Part shown: positions 8,081 through 17,410 of the stretch, piece after piece
Layout: each line of letters begins with the position of its first letter
Position numbering within the stretch: the first letter of the stretch is position 1
Sequence record: PQ471516.1
Reading direction: 5' to 3' (one strand)
Length of the DNA stretch: 64,000 bases
The notes under the pieces: generated by a model
What the model saw: the letters and a program-made list of their open reading frames with translations, nothing else
The model's database searches: none
Told to the model about the DNA's origin: nothing
Translations under genes and position numbers: made by a program

Positions 8081-8350
8081 ATGAAAAATATCAGTACTTT
8101 AATCGATGCAGGTACACATGTTCGGCGGTCAATGGTTGCAACCAGTACTACAAAACAAGTAGCGAGCGGTTATCTTGTATTTGTGCACGATGGTAAACTC
8201 CTGGAACGTTCAATCAATTTTGATGTTAAAAACAATTGCCGTTTTATTATCTTTAAGCGTGAGCAATATAAAATTGATTTACCAGCAAAGCCCATTAGTG
8301 GGGCGTACAACGTGCAATCATTGTTTGAACGTCAACCATACACCTATTAA
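8081..8350 (+). CDS. Hypothetical protein
   Basis: RBS GAGGA. Confidence 0.7.
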   Translation: MKNISTLIDAGTHVRRSMVATSTTKQVASGYLVFVHDGKLLERSINFDVKNNCRFIIFKREQYKIDLPAKPISGAYNVQSLFERQPYTY

Positions 8351-8401
8351 TCAAAACATCGTTAGCGGTCGATTTAGGCCGCTTATATTGGGGATTATAC
8401 C

Positions 8402-8674
8402 ATGAACGTTAATCAAGTACTGAATGAGATCGAAAGCATCATTAAACCGATGAAGCGTACTGATGCTATGTTAACACCGGAAGAATGCCGCCTTTATGAG
8501 CGTTACAGCGTCGAACAAGTCCAGGCGATGGCTATGGCTACCCCAGCCGTTAAACCGCCTGAGAATGCGTTACAGGACGTTACAGGGGATTATATCATCA
8601 ATCCAGTACTAGGGAAGATGGCTGCAATCACCGAAGATCAACAAGACTACTTAAGCCAGTACTTAAAAGGTTAA
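8402..8674 (+). CDS. Hypothetical protein
   Basis: ORF track, operon context. Confidence 0.7.
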   Translation: MNVNQVLNEIESIIKPMKRTDAMLTPEECRLYERYSVEQVQAMAMATPAVKPPENALQDVTGDYIINPVLGKMAAITEDQQDYLSQYLKG

Positions 8675-8679
8675 TTAAT

Positions 8680-8889
8680 ATGCTTACTGTACAGGATAAG
8701 ATCGACATCTTAAAGGTTAATATGTATGTGATTGATGCAGTACCTGGTAAAGTATTTGCATACGATGACACCACTGTAAGCGATTTCTACTATAGCCAGG
8801 ACGTGGGGGATCTTTCTGTACAGTCGGTTATTGAAAACGTAGTTAATGCAGCGTATGAGCATTTACTTTCAAATAGTACTTGCAATTAG
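8680..8889 (+). CDS. Hypothetical protein
   Basis: ORF track, follows previous gene. Confidence 0.7.
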   Translation: MLTVQDKIDILKVNMYVIDAVPGKVFAYDDTTVSDFYYSQDVGDLSVQSVIENVVNAAYEHLLSNSTCN

Positions 8890-9185
8890 TTTTTAAACGC
8901 GTATAATGTTTTACATGAAGGGGAGAAATGATTCTCCCCACTAATTAAGGAATATGAAATGAAAGCATCAAAAAAGAGTAATACTAAGAAAGCACGTTCA
9001 CCTTTCGCTGGGGTATTCCCTTTACGTTTCGTTGATGAAGTAGTTTCCTACCCGCCGGGCCTTACTCCTGAGATGGTAGAAAGTTTGCGTAAATCTAAAA
9101 AATAGTACTTGCAATTAGTTTTTAAACGCGTATAATGTTTTACATGAAGGGGAGAAATGGTTCTCCCAATAACAGGAGAATCAAA

Positions 9186-9338
9186 ATGAAACAATACAAC
9201 GCTCGGTTTGATGTTACTATCGGTAACGGCAAAGGTCAATTCTCTTTCAGTACTCGCAAAAGTTATACAGAAAACTTCCTGCGTAATTGTGCACTGACCG
9301 CCGCACAAATTAAACATTATTTTCAGGCTAAAAAATGA
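9186..9338 (+). CDS. Small hypothetical protein
   Basis: Promoter cassette, RBS AGGAG; start adjusted. Confidence 0.7.
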   Translation: MKQYNARFDVTIGNGKGQFSFSTRKSYTENFLRNCALTAAQIKHYFQAKK

Positions 9339-9573
9339 AAACATTAGCTTACTATAGTTCGGCCCTGGTCGGTGCATTGATCGCGGCGTTGTTAGTAACC
9401 TATCTATTCTTTATGGTGATTTAAATGAATCCAACAGGTTTAAACTATAAAAGTTGTTCGGCGTTTACGAAAGCAAATAAAGCGAATGCACGTAAAGCGA
9501 AAGTACAGGAATACATCAAGCAAGGCATGACGCGAAAGGCGGCGATTCTAAAAGCTAAAAATAAATGAAAAAA

Positions 9574-9606
9574 GTGGTTGACTCCGGTCAGCCATTTTGC
9601 TATTAT
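9574..9606 (+). promoter_or_regulatory. Palindromic terminator-like element overlapping the promoter of sRNA copy G (also 13315-13349, 16619-16654, 18881-18916)
   Basis: NGG(A/T)TTGAC-TC(C/A)G-GTCAG..CCN then TTT(T)GC-TATTAT; TTGACT-N17-TATTAT with TG extension. Confidence 0.7.
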
Positions 9607-9611
9607 ATATT

Positions 9612-9660
9612 CATTGAGAGATAGCTCACTAGCCCACAGGGTGCATAAGTGTATCTATTA
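9612..9660 (+). ncRNA. Candidate small RNA, family copy G
   Basis: UGAG-AGAUAG-CUCA; GCCC-ACA-GGGUGCAUAAGUGUAUCU; no ORF. Confidence 0.6.
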
Positions 9661-9778
9661 TATAATGTTTGAGTACTGAAAACTATTTTTAAAAAGTACT
9701 TGCAAACTATCTCAATAAGCGTATAATGTTTTACATCGAAAGGGGAAACGGTTTCCCCTGGTAATAAGGAAACAAATC

Positions 9779-10120
9779 ATGACTATCTCAATTGCTCAAT
9801 CTAACTTTGAAAATGAAATCATCGCCCAGGCACTGCGTTTAAATGATGGTCGGGCCGAAATTAATTACGGTTTCAATTCAGGCGGTTGCGAAAACTATCA
9901 GTACTTTGTAACGGCTGATGGCGGTGTCCTGGGTATCAATACAGTTATTGTAAACATCCAAAAAATTAATTTCAATGATCCAGACGATAGCCAGTTTTAC
10001 ATCACTGGCGTAGACGTGAACTATGAGGATGACTCACTAACTGATGATCACACTGGCGAGCGGTTAGAAAGTGCATACGGTGAAGATGATTATCAGTCCG
10101 GTCCAGAAGATTTCGAATAA
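9779..10120 (+). CDS. Acidic hypothetical early protein
   Basis: Promoter cassette, RBS AAGGA. Confidence 0.8.
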   Translation: MTISIAQSNFENEIIAQALRLNDGRAEINYGFNSGGCENYQYFVTADGGVLGINTVIVNIQKINFNDPDDSQFYITGVDVNYEDDSLTDDHTGERLESAYGEDDYQSGPEDFE

Positions 10121-10216
10121 TATAAAAAAATAGTTTGACAATAGATTATAGTACTGTATAATAGTTTACATCAAGGGGAGAAAAACTTCTCCCCACTAAC
10201 AGAGAGAGAAAACAAA

Positions 10217-10429
10217 ATGGCTAATATCCGGTCGAAATTAAAAAATGCAAAACAAGTTTTATTTTCAGATCATGAATACTTTAATAAAGATATTACAGGA
10301 GTTACAAGTATCAAGGAAGTAAAAGAAAAAACCGGCGTTTTGTGTGATGTGCGATTAGTTGGGACATTTGGGAATAACGTGCTATATCGCTGCGGTGATT
10401 ACAATTTTACACTGACTATCATTAACTAA
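10217..10429 (+). CDS. Hypothetical early protein
   Basis: Promoter cassette. Confidence 0.75.
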   Translation: MANIRSKLKNAKQVLFSDHEYFNKDITGVTSIKEVKEKTGVLCDVRLVGTFGNNVLYRCGDYNFTLTIIN

Positions 10430-10512
10430 AAATATTATCACAGTACTATTGACATAGTTTGATAGTACTGACATAATAACTTTTATCAACTACACTACTA
10501 AGGAATTAAAAA

Positions 10513-10692
10513 ATGGCTATCATCGCAAAAACTGAAATCGTTGGTCTGGATTCTATCATCATGACGTTTGAAGATCAAAAAGGTATGTATGTAGTTTCCT
10601 ATGGTGATTATGTTCGGGAGTATGAAACGGTAGACGAAGCCTTTGAAAGTTATATTCGCCAGGTGAATAAAGCATACGACGACTACCGCTAA
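10513..10692 (+). CDS. Small hypothetical protein (59 aa)
   Basis: Promoter 10449, RBS AAGGA; below track cutoff. Confidence 0.7.
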   Translation: MAIIAKTEIVGLDSIIMTFEDQKGMYVVSYGDYVREYETVDEAFESYIRQVNKAYDDYR

Positions 10693-10791
10693 AATATATT
10701 ACCAGTACTATTAAATCTATTGACAACGTTTGATAGTACTGTATAATAAGTTTTATAAACAGTAGTTAACTTAACCTAAGAGAGAAACAAA

Positions 10792-10935
10792 ATGATCGCA
10801 CTGGATTCATTCATCGACGCAGTACTGGCAAAAACTGGCGAGGATCTGACCGCAGAACAATACGCGATGATCGAGCAATGTCAGCAAAACGGTAAATCGG
10901 TGAAAGATACTGTTAAGATTATCCGCAAGATGTAA
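10792..10935 (+). CDS. Small hypothetical protein (47 aa)
   Basis: Promoter 10720; terminator-like hairpin 10942-10968 follows. Confidence 0.7.
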   Translation: MIALDSFIDAVLAKTGEDLTAEQYAMIEQCQQNGKSVKDTVKIIRKM

Positions 10936-11040
10936 TATTATAGCCCACTGGTTAACGCTGGTGGGCTTTAATCATTTACCCTATACAATGCCAGTACTCA
11001 ACCGTTTATCTCGTTAGAATGCGTTACAGGACGTTTAACA

Positions 11041-11238
11041 ATGATTAGCATGAAATCAGTACAAAAACAAATAGAAACATTATCAAAAATTAAACGTAAA
11101 CAGTACTCGTTAGAATATACAATCAATGGTAACTATCATCTAATGAAAGAAAATAATTTTATAGTCATTGATGAATCATTGCAAATTATTAGTATAGTAC
11201 TGAAAGCATTAATTAATGATAGAAAAAAATTAAAATAA
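11041..11238 (+). CDS. Hypothetical protein
   Basis: ORF track; AT-rich, weak RBS. Confidence 0.45.
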   Translation: MISMKSVQKQIETLSKIKRKQYSLEYTINGNYHLMKENNFIVIDESLQIISIVLKALINDRKKLK

Positions 11239-11276
11239 TTGTTGACATACAATGCCAGTACTGGCATAATACTTAC

Positions 11277-11325
11277 ATCAAGACGAGAACGTCACTAACC
11301 CATAGGGTGCACAAATGTAACTATA
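11277..11325 (+). ncRNA. Candidate small RNA, family copy H
   Basis: TTGACA 11242-N17-CATAAT 11265; GACG-AGAA-CGUC; ACCC-AUA-GGGUGCACAAAUGUAAC. Confidence 0.6.
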
Positions 11326-11566
11326 TAACATCGATCAATAAATGATCAAAAAAGTACTGGATCAATTTAGCATAAGGAGTATAATTCTGATCAATTCTTG
11401 TTCAAAGGCAATATACGCAGTTGAATTTATATAGACAGTACAAAGGCGTTACTATCCGTGGTAATGCTGGTGGATATGTAGTATCATATGGTTTGAATAA
11501 GATTAGCACTAGTAGTATTATTGTAGCATTACAGTACTATAGTATTTTTATAATGAGGTTAAAATA

Positions 11567-11824
11567 ATGGCTGTAGGATTTGCGAAGGACGGGGCCGAAC
11601 AAGACGAGATTAACGCAGTGATTCAGGCCGCTGTAAACCACGCTAGAAAGCAAATTAACGCACAAAGAGAATCACTGGTACATTGCCTCGACTGCGGCGA
11701 TAAAATCCCTGAGAATCGACGCCAGGCCGTTATAGGGTGCATGTATTGTATTACTTGCCAGGAGGATCATGATAGTACTTTTAAACGTCAACCGCGTAAT
11801 TGTTGGCATAGATCTATGAGATAA
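11567..11824 (+). CDS. DksA/TraR C4-type zinc finger protein (YbiI-like)
   Basis: CLDCGDKIPENRRQAVIGCMYCITCQ; N-terminus resembles YbiI. Confidence 0.9.
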   Translation: MAVGFAKDGAEQDEINAVIQAAVNHARKQINAQRESLVHCLDCGDKIPENRRQAVIGCMYCITCQEDHDSTFKRQPRNCWHRSMR

Positions 11825-11887
11825 AAAGTATTGACAGTACTGTTAGATAATGTATAATAGTTTACATCTTATCTGAGGATTGAAATC

Positions 11888-12244
11888 ATGGGTATACAAC
11901 ATATCACGCGTACTACTGACAACGGCGAGATCACTGGTTATCAAGTACAGGGCAAAGTAGCACAATTGCAGTACTGGTTTGTTAAACGTGGAATCATTGC
12001 ACCGGATCTTGATTATGACCGTGTAGCGTTTATTGATTCTCTTTATGTTGATCCTGATAGTCGGGGCAATGGTGAAGGTAACGAATTAATGAATGCCTTT
12101 ATCGATGCCGCCGATGATTCAGATTGTATCATCTTAGAATGCGATACGGGAGAAGATAACGCCTTCAATCTTAAAGAATGGTACGAAGGTTTCGGATTCG
12201 AGGTACTGATCGATAGTGAATATCCTATCATGATTTTATCATAG
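11888..12244 (+). CDS. GNAT-family acetyltransferase
   Basis: IDSLYVDPDSRGNGEGNELM acetyl-CoA motif A. Confidence 0.85.
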   Translation: MGIQHITRTTDNGEITGYQVQGKVAQLQYWFVKRGIIAPDLDYDRVAFIDSLYVDPDSRGNGEGNELMNAFIDAADDSDCIILECDTGEDNAFNLKEWYEGFGFEVLIDSEYPIMILS

Positions 12245-12322
12245 TACTTGCATTTAGTTTTCAGTACTGTTATAGTACTTACATCAAGGGGAAACATCTT
12301 CCCCTACTAAGAGGAAATAAAA

Positions 12323-12511
12323 ATGGAAAACTTATCAAGTATTTTAGTACAAGATGATTTCGGTAATCCTGGAAGTGCTATCATTGTTCGGGGCAATAAA
12401 GCAACGTTTGTTATTGCTGGTGGACCCGTACAGCGTAGCATTAAAAATAATGCTGTTACCATTAATAATGTACGCTATCGCTTAGATAAAGAATTAATTC
12501 ATAAACTGTAA
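12323..12511 (+). CDS. Hypothetical early protein
   Basis: Promoter cassette, RBS GAGGA. Confidence 0.8.
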   Translation: MENLSSILVQDDFGNPGSAIIVRGNKATFVIAGGPVQRSIKNNAVTINNVRYRLDKELIHKL

Positions 12512-12596
12512 AAAAGTACTGGACAATAGATTATAGTACTGTATAATAGTTTACATGAAGGGGAGAAATGATTCTCCCCACTAAGAGGAAAGAAAA

Positions 12597-12809
12597 ATGC
12601 AAGGTCAACTAATCGTTCGTAAATGGTCTGATACTAACGAAAAACCGTGGGATGTACAATACATCGCCCCCAATGGTGAATCCAGATATCAACCAGGTGT
12701 AACGCATAGTACTGAGCAATTCGCCGCCGCTCATCGTGAACGTCTGTTACAATCAATGCAGTTCGGTTCCGGTGAAAAATTCATTCAGGATCATTGGCTG
12801 AAAGATTAA
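12597..12809 (+). CDS. Hypothetical early protein
   Basis: Promoter cassette, RBS GAGGA. Confidence 0.8.
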   Translation: MQGQLIVRKWSDTNEKPWDVQYIAPNGESRYQPGVTHSTEQFAAAHRERLLQSMQFGSGEKFIQDHWLKD

Positions 12810-13354
12810 AAAGTACTTGCAATTAGTTTTCAGTACTGTATAATGTTTTACATGAAGGGGAGAATAGTTCTCCCCACTACTAGGAAACAGCATTATGCAC
12901 ATGAATCCGTTTATAGTAGTAATTGCAATCATGATGGCTGTACAGGCCGTGTTAGAATACTTAAGCAAAGCAGGAGTTATCTAAATGATCCAGGTAGAAT
13001 TATCAGTACTCAAAGATCTGTTTTATCGGTTAGGCACTACTGGAGAATACCCGAAAGGTGATACCGCTAAACTATACACTGCATTGGATGTATGGCAACG
13101 TAACGAACTGGCTAACGCCTGGCGTAAAGGTAAATCAGAGGGGATTGCAGCATGAAAGAATTCTTATTCGAAGTAGTGTTTAACCGCGTAGGTGGAAACC
13201 AATTAATTCGCTCAAGTGGTCACAATGTTAATCAAGCGTGGACTAACTTAAAACGAATGTACCCGGACGCGATTACATATCGTAACCCGAAAGAAGTTTA
13301 AAAAGAATTGAAAAAAAGGATTGACTCAGGTCAGTCCTTTTGCTATTATATATG

Positions 13355-13400
13355 CATTGAAACAATCTAGCCCACAGGGTGCATAAATGTATCTATTATA
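13355..13400 (+). ncRNA. Candidate small RNA, family copy I
   Basis: TTGACT 13321-N17-TATTAT 13344; AUUG-AAA-CAAU; GCCC-ACA-GGGUGCAUAAAUGUAUCU. Confidence 0.6.
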
Positions 13401-13484
13401 TGCTGGTGGCTAGTACTATCAAGTACTGAAAACTATTTTTAAAAAGTACTTGCAAAGTATCACGATAAGCGTATAATGTTTTAC

Positions 13485-13557
13485 ATCAGGACGGGGAACG
13501 AAACAAGTAACCCCGTTAAGTAGTCCAGGAGTAAGACATACGAAAACCTCCCCTGAT
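13485..13557 (+). ncRNA. Candidate pseudoknotted RNA motif, copy 3
   Basis: After promoter 13450-13477; AUCAGG/CCUGAU, ACGGGG/CCCCGU, GUC/GAC plus GGAG/CUCC. Confidence 0.65.
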
Positions 13558-13645
13558 AAAATAGTTTGACAATAGTTTTTAGTACTGTATAATATTTTAC
13601 ATCAAGTGGGGAATAGTTCCCCACCTAACAAAGAGAGAAATTAAA

Positions 13646-13921
13646 ATGCGGATTCTACTTACAGCTAACGAAATCGAGCAAGTACTGACTACTAATCTGG
13701 AACAATGGAAACGTGATGCAGATATCCAGGCGGTACAATGGCTTAACGATAAGTTAACGCCGGATGACTTAAGCAAGATTGTAGATCCTCAATTCTACGA
13801 AGATATTCACGACACCGCGTTAAGCGTCGAGGATGTACTTGATAAGCACTTTATTGATACAGATTTACAGGTTTACGGTCGTAAAAACTTTATCACTATT
13901 CACGACATTTACAATACTTAA
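13646..13921 (+). CDS. Hypothetical early protein
   Basis: Promoter cassette. Confidence 0.8.
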   Translation: MRILLTANEIEQVLTTNLEQWKRDADIQAVQWLNDKLTPDDLSKIVDPQFYEDIHDTALSVEDVLDKHFIDTDLQVYGRKNFITIHDIYNT

Positions 13922-14009
13922 GTATTGACAAAGTATCTTAGTACTGTATAATAGTTTACATCAAGTGAGGGGAAACGGTTCCCCTCCTAACAAAGAGAGA
14001 GAAATAAAA

Positions 14010-14192
14010 ATGGCTAAGTGCACTATCTGCAAGAAAGAAATAGTATTAGTTCCAAGTGCCCGTGAACGTGCCGCTCGGTTTGGTGGCAAAGCGTCAGACT
14101 ATACAAAAATGTTTACTGCCCATACAGCTTGCCAGGTAGCAAAACGTTCACAAGAAAGCGTAGAATTAATGCGTAAACTTTCCAAAAAATAA
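14010..14192 (+). CDS. Small putative Zn-binding protein
   Basis: CTIC...HTAC; promoter cassette; start adjusted. Confidence 0.75.
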   Translation: MAKCTICKKEIVLVPSARERAARFGGKASDYTKMFTAHTACQVAKRSQESVELMRKLSKK

Positions 14193-14279
14193 GTATTGAC
14201 AAAGTATCTTAGTACTGTATAATAGTTTACATCAAGCGAGGGGAATGGTTCCCCTCCTAACAAAGAGAGAGAAATAAAA

Positions 14280-14603
14280 ATGGCTATGATCCTTACCCAG
14301 AAAGTAGAACTGAAAATTGTAACCTCCTTTGACATTAAAGTTAATCGGTGGACTGATAGCCACGGCAATACTTACCACTCCTGCTACGTGTCCGCATTGA
14401 TTGGTGATCGCTGGGAAGACCTGGGACACGAAACCTTTACATACGGTTACGGCACACAAGGCGAGTACACGGGTTTAGAAATCATTAAGGAAACTGTAAT
14501 AGGTTTCAACCCGAAAGAGAAAGTACTACACAGAATTGAGAAAGAGATCAACAAAGAAATTACAGTTCGCTACTACGATGTAAAACGTAAGAAAGACATG
14601 TAA
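14280..14603 (+). CDS. Hypothetical protein, paralogue of 7677..8000
   Basis: Shared motifs; cassette nearly identical to the one before 14010. Confidence 0.85.
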   Translation: MAMILTQKVELKIVTSFDIKVNRWTDSHGNTYHSCYVSALIGDRWEDLGHETFTYGYGTQGEYTGLEIIKETVIGFNPKEKVLHRIEKEINKEITVRYYDVKRKKDM

Positions 14604-14693
14604 TAGAATCCATTTAAAGTACTATTTGACATTGCCCAGATAGTACTTTATAATAGACTCTAACTTGTAGTACTAATTAACTTAACTAATAGG

Positions 14694-15098
14694 ATGTACA
14701 CCATGATTACTAAATTCTTCGCTACCCGTGAACAAGCTCGCATCGTTGCCCGTGAGGAAGGTGAAACATTTAAAGACATGGGTAAAGATTCTCCTACTGG
14801 TAAACGCTGGGCGGTACAGTTCAAAGAGATCTCTGATATTGTGAATTCACCTGAGCCTGTACTTACAGCAGCAGAACTAAAGCAAGCTCAAGAACTGGCT
14901 GAAGTACTGAACGCTCAAGATGACTTCTTGAAAGGTTCTGATATTGAAGTTACAGTTAACGCAAATGCATGGACTCACGCGGATCACCTGGCAAACCTGA
15001 AGCGTCCAAGTGAACTGGTTCGCAACCAGAAAGAGATCCGTCATGACCGTAAAGGAAACCGTGTAACAGTATACAGTAAACGCCGCCAGGTTATCTAA
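14694..15098 (+). CDS. Hypothetical protein, paralogue of 1796..2062 with acidic insert
   Basis: Shared N- and C-terminal motifs. Confidence 0.85.
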   Translation: MYTMITKFFATREQARIVAREEGETFKDMGKDSPTGKRWAVQFKEISDIVNSPEPVLTAAELKQAQELAEVLNAQDDFLKGSDIEVTVNANAWTHADHLANLKRPSELVRNQKEIRHDRKGNRVTVYSKRRQVI

Positions 15099-15122
15099 TA
15101 ACTTTGCAGTACTAACCAACAC

Positions 15123-15149
15123 GGCGGGATATCAGTTCCCGCCTTTTTT
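15123..15149 (+). terminator. Intrinsic terminator
   Basis: GGCGGGA-N7-TCCCGCC plus T tract. Confidence 0.7.
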
Positions 15150-15163
15150 ATGGGAGAAACAAA

Positions 15164-15418
15164 ATGATTAAGGTTCAACTATCAAACGATAATGTATTAC
15201 GGGTACACTATAAAGCTCCACAAAGAATCATCACAAAGGCCGTACAGCTTGCTAATGAGTTTATTAATGGTAGTCTATTACCCAGGAAGTTAAGCAACGG
15301 GAAACTACGCGTTATCGATGTAGACACTAACAATAGAATAGTAATTGAGAGTACAGGAAAGATAAACCTTTATGAACACCAACAATATAACAAGAAAATA
15401 AAACTAATATCACGTTGA
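15164..15418 (+). CDS. Possible ParE-like (RelE/ParE fold) protein
   Basis: KA..L...F..G...RKL....VIDV...RIV......LYEHQQYN resembles the ParE-like toxin family pattern (from memory). Confidence 0.45.
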   Translation: MIKVQLSNDNVLRVHYKAPQRIITKAVQLANEFINGSLLPRKLSNGKLRVIDVDTNNRIVIESTGKINLYEHQQYNKKIKLISR

Positions 15419-15471
15419 CAGTACTCAATTGTTTTAGTACTATGTACATATACCAACACGGGAGAAACAAA

Positions 15472-15690
15472 ATGAAATTATCTAAAATCGAAAAGAAAAC
15501 TATTGATGAAGCAGTTAAGCACGGTTATACATTTCGTAATGATTCACATTTTACCAATTTTCAACAAGGGTATCGTACTATTAAAAAACTTATTGACAAA
15601 GGTTTATTAGTTGAAGTCAATAACGGGAACGGTATCGAGTATCAACCAACACAGGACGCATTTTATTTTAAGAAATATAATATTATCTAA
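15472..15690 (+). CDS. Hypothetical early protein
   Basis: Promoter 15415, RBS GGAG; start adjusted. Confidence 0.75.
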   Translation: MKLSKIEKKTIDEAVKHGYTFRNDSHFTNFQQGYRTIKKLIDKGLLVEVNNGNGIEYQPTQDAFYFKKYNII

Positions 15691-15748
15691 TTGACAGTAC
15701 TCAAATGTTTTAGTACTATGTACATATACCAACACGGGGGAAAACAAA

Positions 15749-15991
15749 ATGATTACTTTAGAAAAACGTATCAAAGAAACTACATCGCTGGTGGAACTGT
15801 TAACAGTACTGAAATGTAAAACAACACCATTCAGCACGCCGGACTTTATTAATATGGTTGATGTTAATGGTCGCTATCGCATCACGGTCGAACAAGGAGC
15901 GGCTAAAGTATTCAGTACTAAAAACACTAAGGAAGTGATTCACGCGGTCAGTACTAAAAAAGTAGTTGCCATTTATAGTAAAGTACTGTAA
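15749..15991 (+). CDS. Hypothetical early protein
   Basis: Promoter 15691. Confidence 0.75.
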   Translation: MITLEKRIKETTSLVELLTVLKCKTTPFSTPDFINMVDVNGRYRITVEQGAAKVFSTKNTKEVIHAVSTKKVVAIYSKVL

Positions 15992-16022
15992 GATAGTTTC
16001 ATTAACTCAAGGAGATAACACA

Positions 16023-16607
16023 ATGCGTAACTATACTAAATTCATCCGTACACTTCATGCAATGGAAACTAATAAAGAGATCCTTACAGCTTGTCGGTTA
16101 GCTGGACTGGAGATCGTCGGTGCGGGTTCTTCCCGTATTGTATTCGCTTTGAATGATCGGTTAGTGATTAAGGTCGCAAATTGTGACGCTGGCGTTGAAC
16201 AAAATGAAACTGAATGTAAGGTATGGAATTTTTTAGATTATGACCGTCCACACCTTAAACAGTACTTTGCAAAGGTGCATATGCATTTATGCGATCCTGA
16301 TAATATGTTTATCGTTATGGATCGGTTGAGTACTGCAAGTAAAGGCAGTGTGAAGCACGTTAACGCGTGCAACGAATTAAAGTACAATATTAAACGTAAT
16401 GCTATTGAACGCCAGCACCGCTTTGCTGATGCTCTCAATCACGTTGATGATACATTATCAACACTAACAATCAGAGATATCAGAAAACAGAATATCGGCC
16501 AGGATCGTAATGGACTTATTAAAGTACTTGATTACGGTTTAACCCGCAATATCTGGAATCAGTACTATAAAAAACGTGATGTTAATGCGATAACTATAAC
16601 ACGATAA
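16023..16607 (+). CDS. Protein kinase-like (PKL fold) protein
   Basis: GAGSSR glycine loop, VIKVA, EQNETE, RDIRKQNIG, VLDYG; RBS AAGGAG; start adjusted. Confidence 0.75.
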   Translation: MRNYTKFIRTLHAMETNKEILTACRLAGLEIVGAGSSRIVFALNDRLVIKVANCDAGVEQNETECKVWNFLDYDRPHLKQYFAKVHMHLCDPDNMFIVMDRLSTASKGSVKHVNACNELKYNIKRNAIERQHRFADALNHVDDTLSTLTIRDIRKQNIGQDRNGLIKVLDYGLTRNIWNQYYKKRDVNAITITR

Positions 16608-16659
16608 AAAAGATTAAAAAAGGGATTGACTCCGGTCAGTCCCTTTGCTATTATATATT

Positions 16660-16708
16660 CATTGAGAGATAACTCACTGACCCATAGGGTGCATAAGTGT
16701 ATCTATTA
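16660..16708 (+). ncRNA. Candidate small RNA, family copy J
   Basis: TTGACT 16626-N17-TATTAT 16649; UGAG-AGAUAA-CUCA; ACCC-AUA-GGGUGCAUAAGUGUAUCU. Confidence 0.6.
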
Positions 16709-16829
16709 TATAAGTATTCAGTACTGGAAACTATTTTTAAAAAGTACTTGCATTGTACTTAGAATCAAGTATAATGTTTTATATCGAGAGGGGGAAATGG
16801 TTCTCCCTGGTACATTAAGGAATAAAATC

Positions 16830-17051
16830 ATGACTACAATGACTTGCATTCACGCTTCAAACCTGCTTAATGATGCGGCCTTTAATGTTGAAACAGAATA
16901 TCAATGTTATCGGGATGAAAATAAAAAAGTTTTTGTAGTTGATAATAATGGTTTCCATATTGAATTGCAATCCGGCTTCACTGGCGTTGATGGTAAATCA
17001 GTATGGGGCGTACAGGATGATAAAGGTACATATCATTTTAAACGTAATTAA
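16830..17051 (+). CDS. Hypothetical early protein
   Basis: Promoter cassette, RBS AAGGA; start adjusted. Confidence 0.8.
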   Translation: MTTMTCIHASNLLNDAAFNVETEYQCYRDENKKVFVVDNNGFHIELQSGFTGVDGKSVWGVQDDKGTYHFKRN

Positions 17052-17137
17052 GTATTGACAAAGTATATCAGTACTGTATAATAGTTTACATCAAGGGGAG
17101 AATAGTTCTCCCCACACCAATAAAAGGAAACAAAATT

Positions 17138-17410
17138 ATGTCCAGCTACTCCGCTACTATGATCATCAAAGATATGAACGGTAATCCTACTTCTGCTGGT
17201 GGATCATTTGGAAACATTAACTTAGATGGTCGGTTATCCATGCAATCAGCCATTGATGCAGCGAAAGAAGTTTTTAAGAATGAATGTACTGTAAGCAAGC
17301 TGGATTATATGGGCTTCGCTATCGAGAAAACTAATCGTTTTGTGGACTACAAAAAGCCTATGATGATTGATACTAACCTGAAAGCTAACGAAGTGGAATA
17401 CTTATTATGA
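17138..17410 (+). CDS. Hypothetical early protein
   Basis: Promoter cassette, RBS AAGGA. Confidence 0.8.
   Translation: MSSYSATMIIKDMNGNPTSAGGSFGNINLDGRLSMQSAIDAAKEVFKNECTVSKLDYMGFAIEKTNRFVDYKKPMMIDTNLKANEVEYLL

Noticed and set aside
5859-10968. Terminators sharing AGCCCAC with the sRNA hairpin
   Set aside because: A 7-nt match in GC-rich stems is too short to claim a relationship
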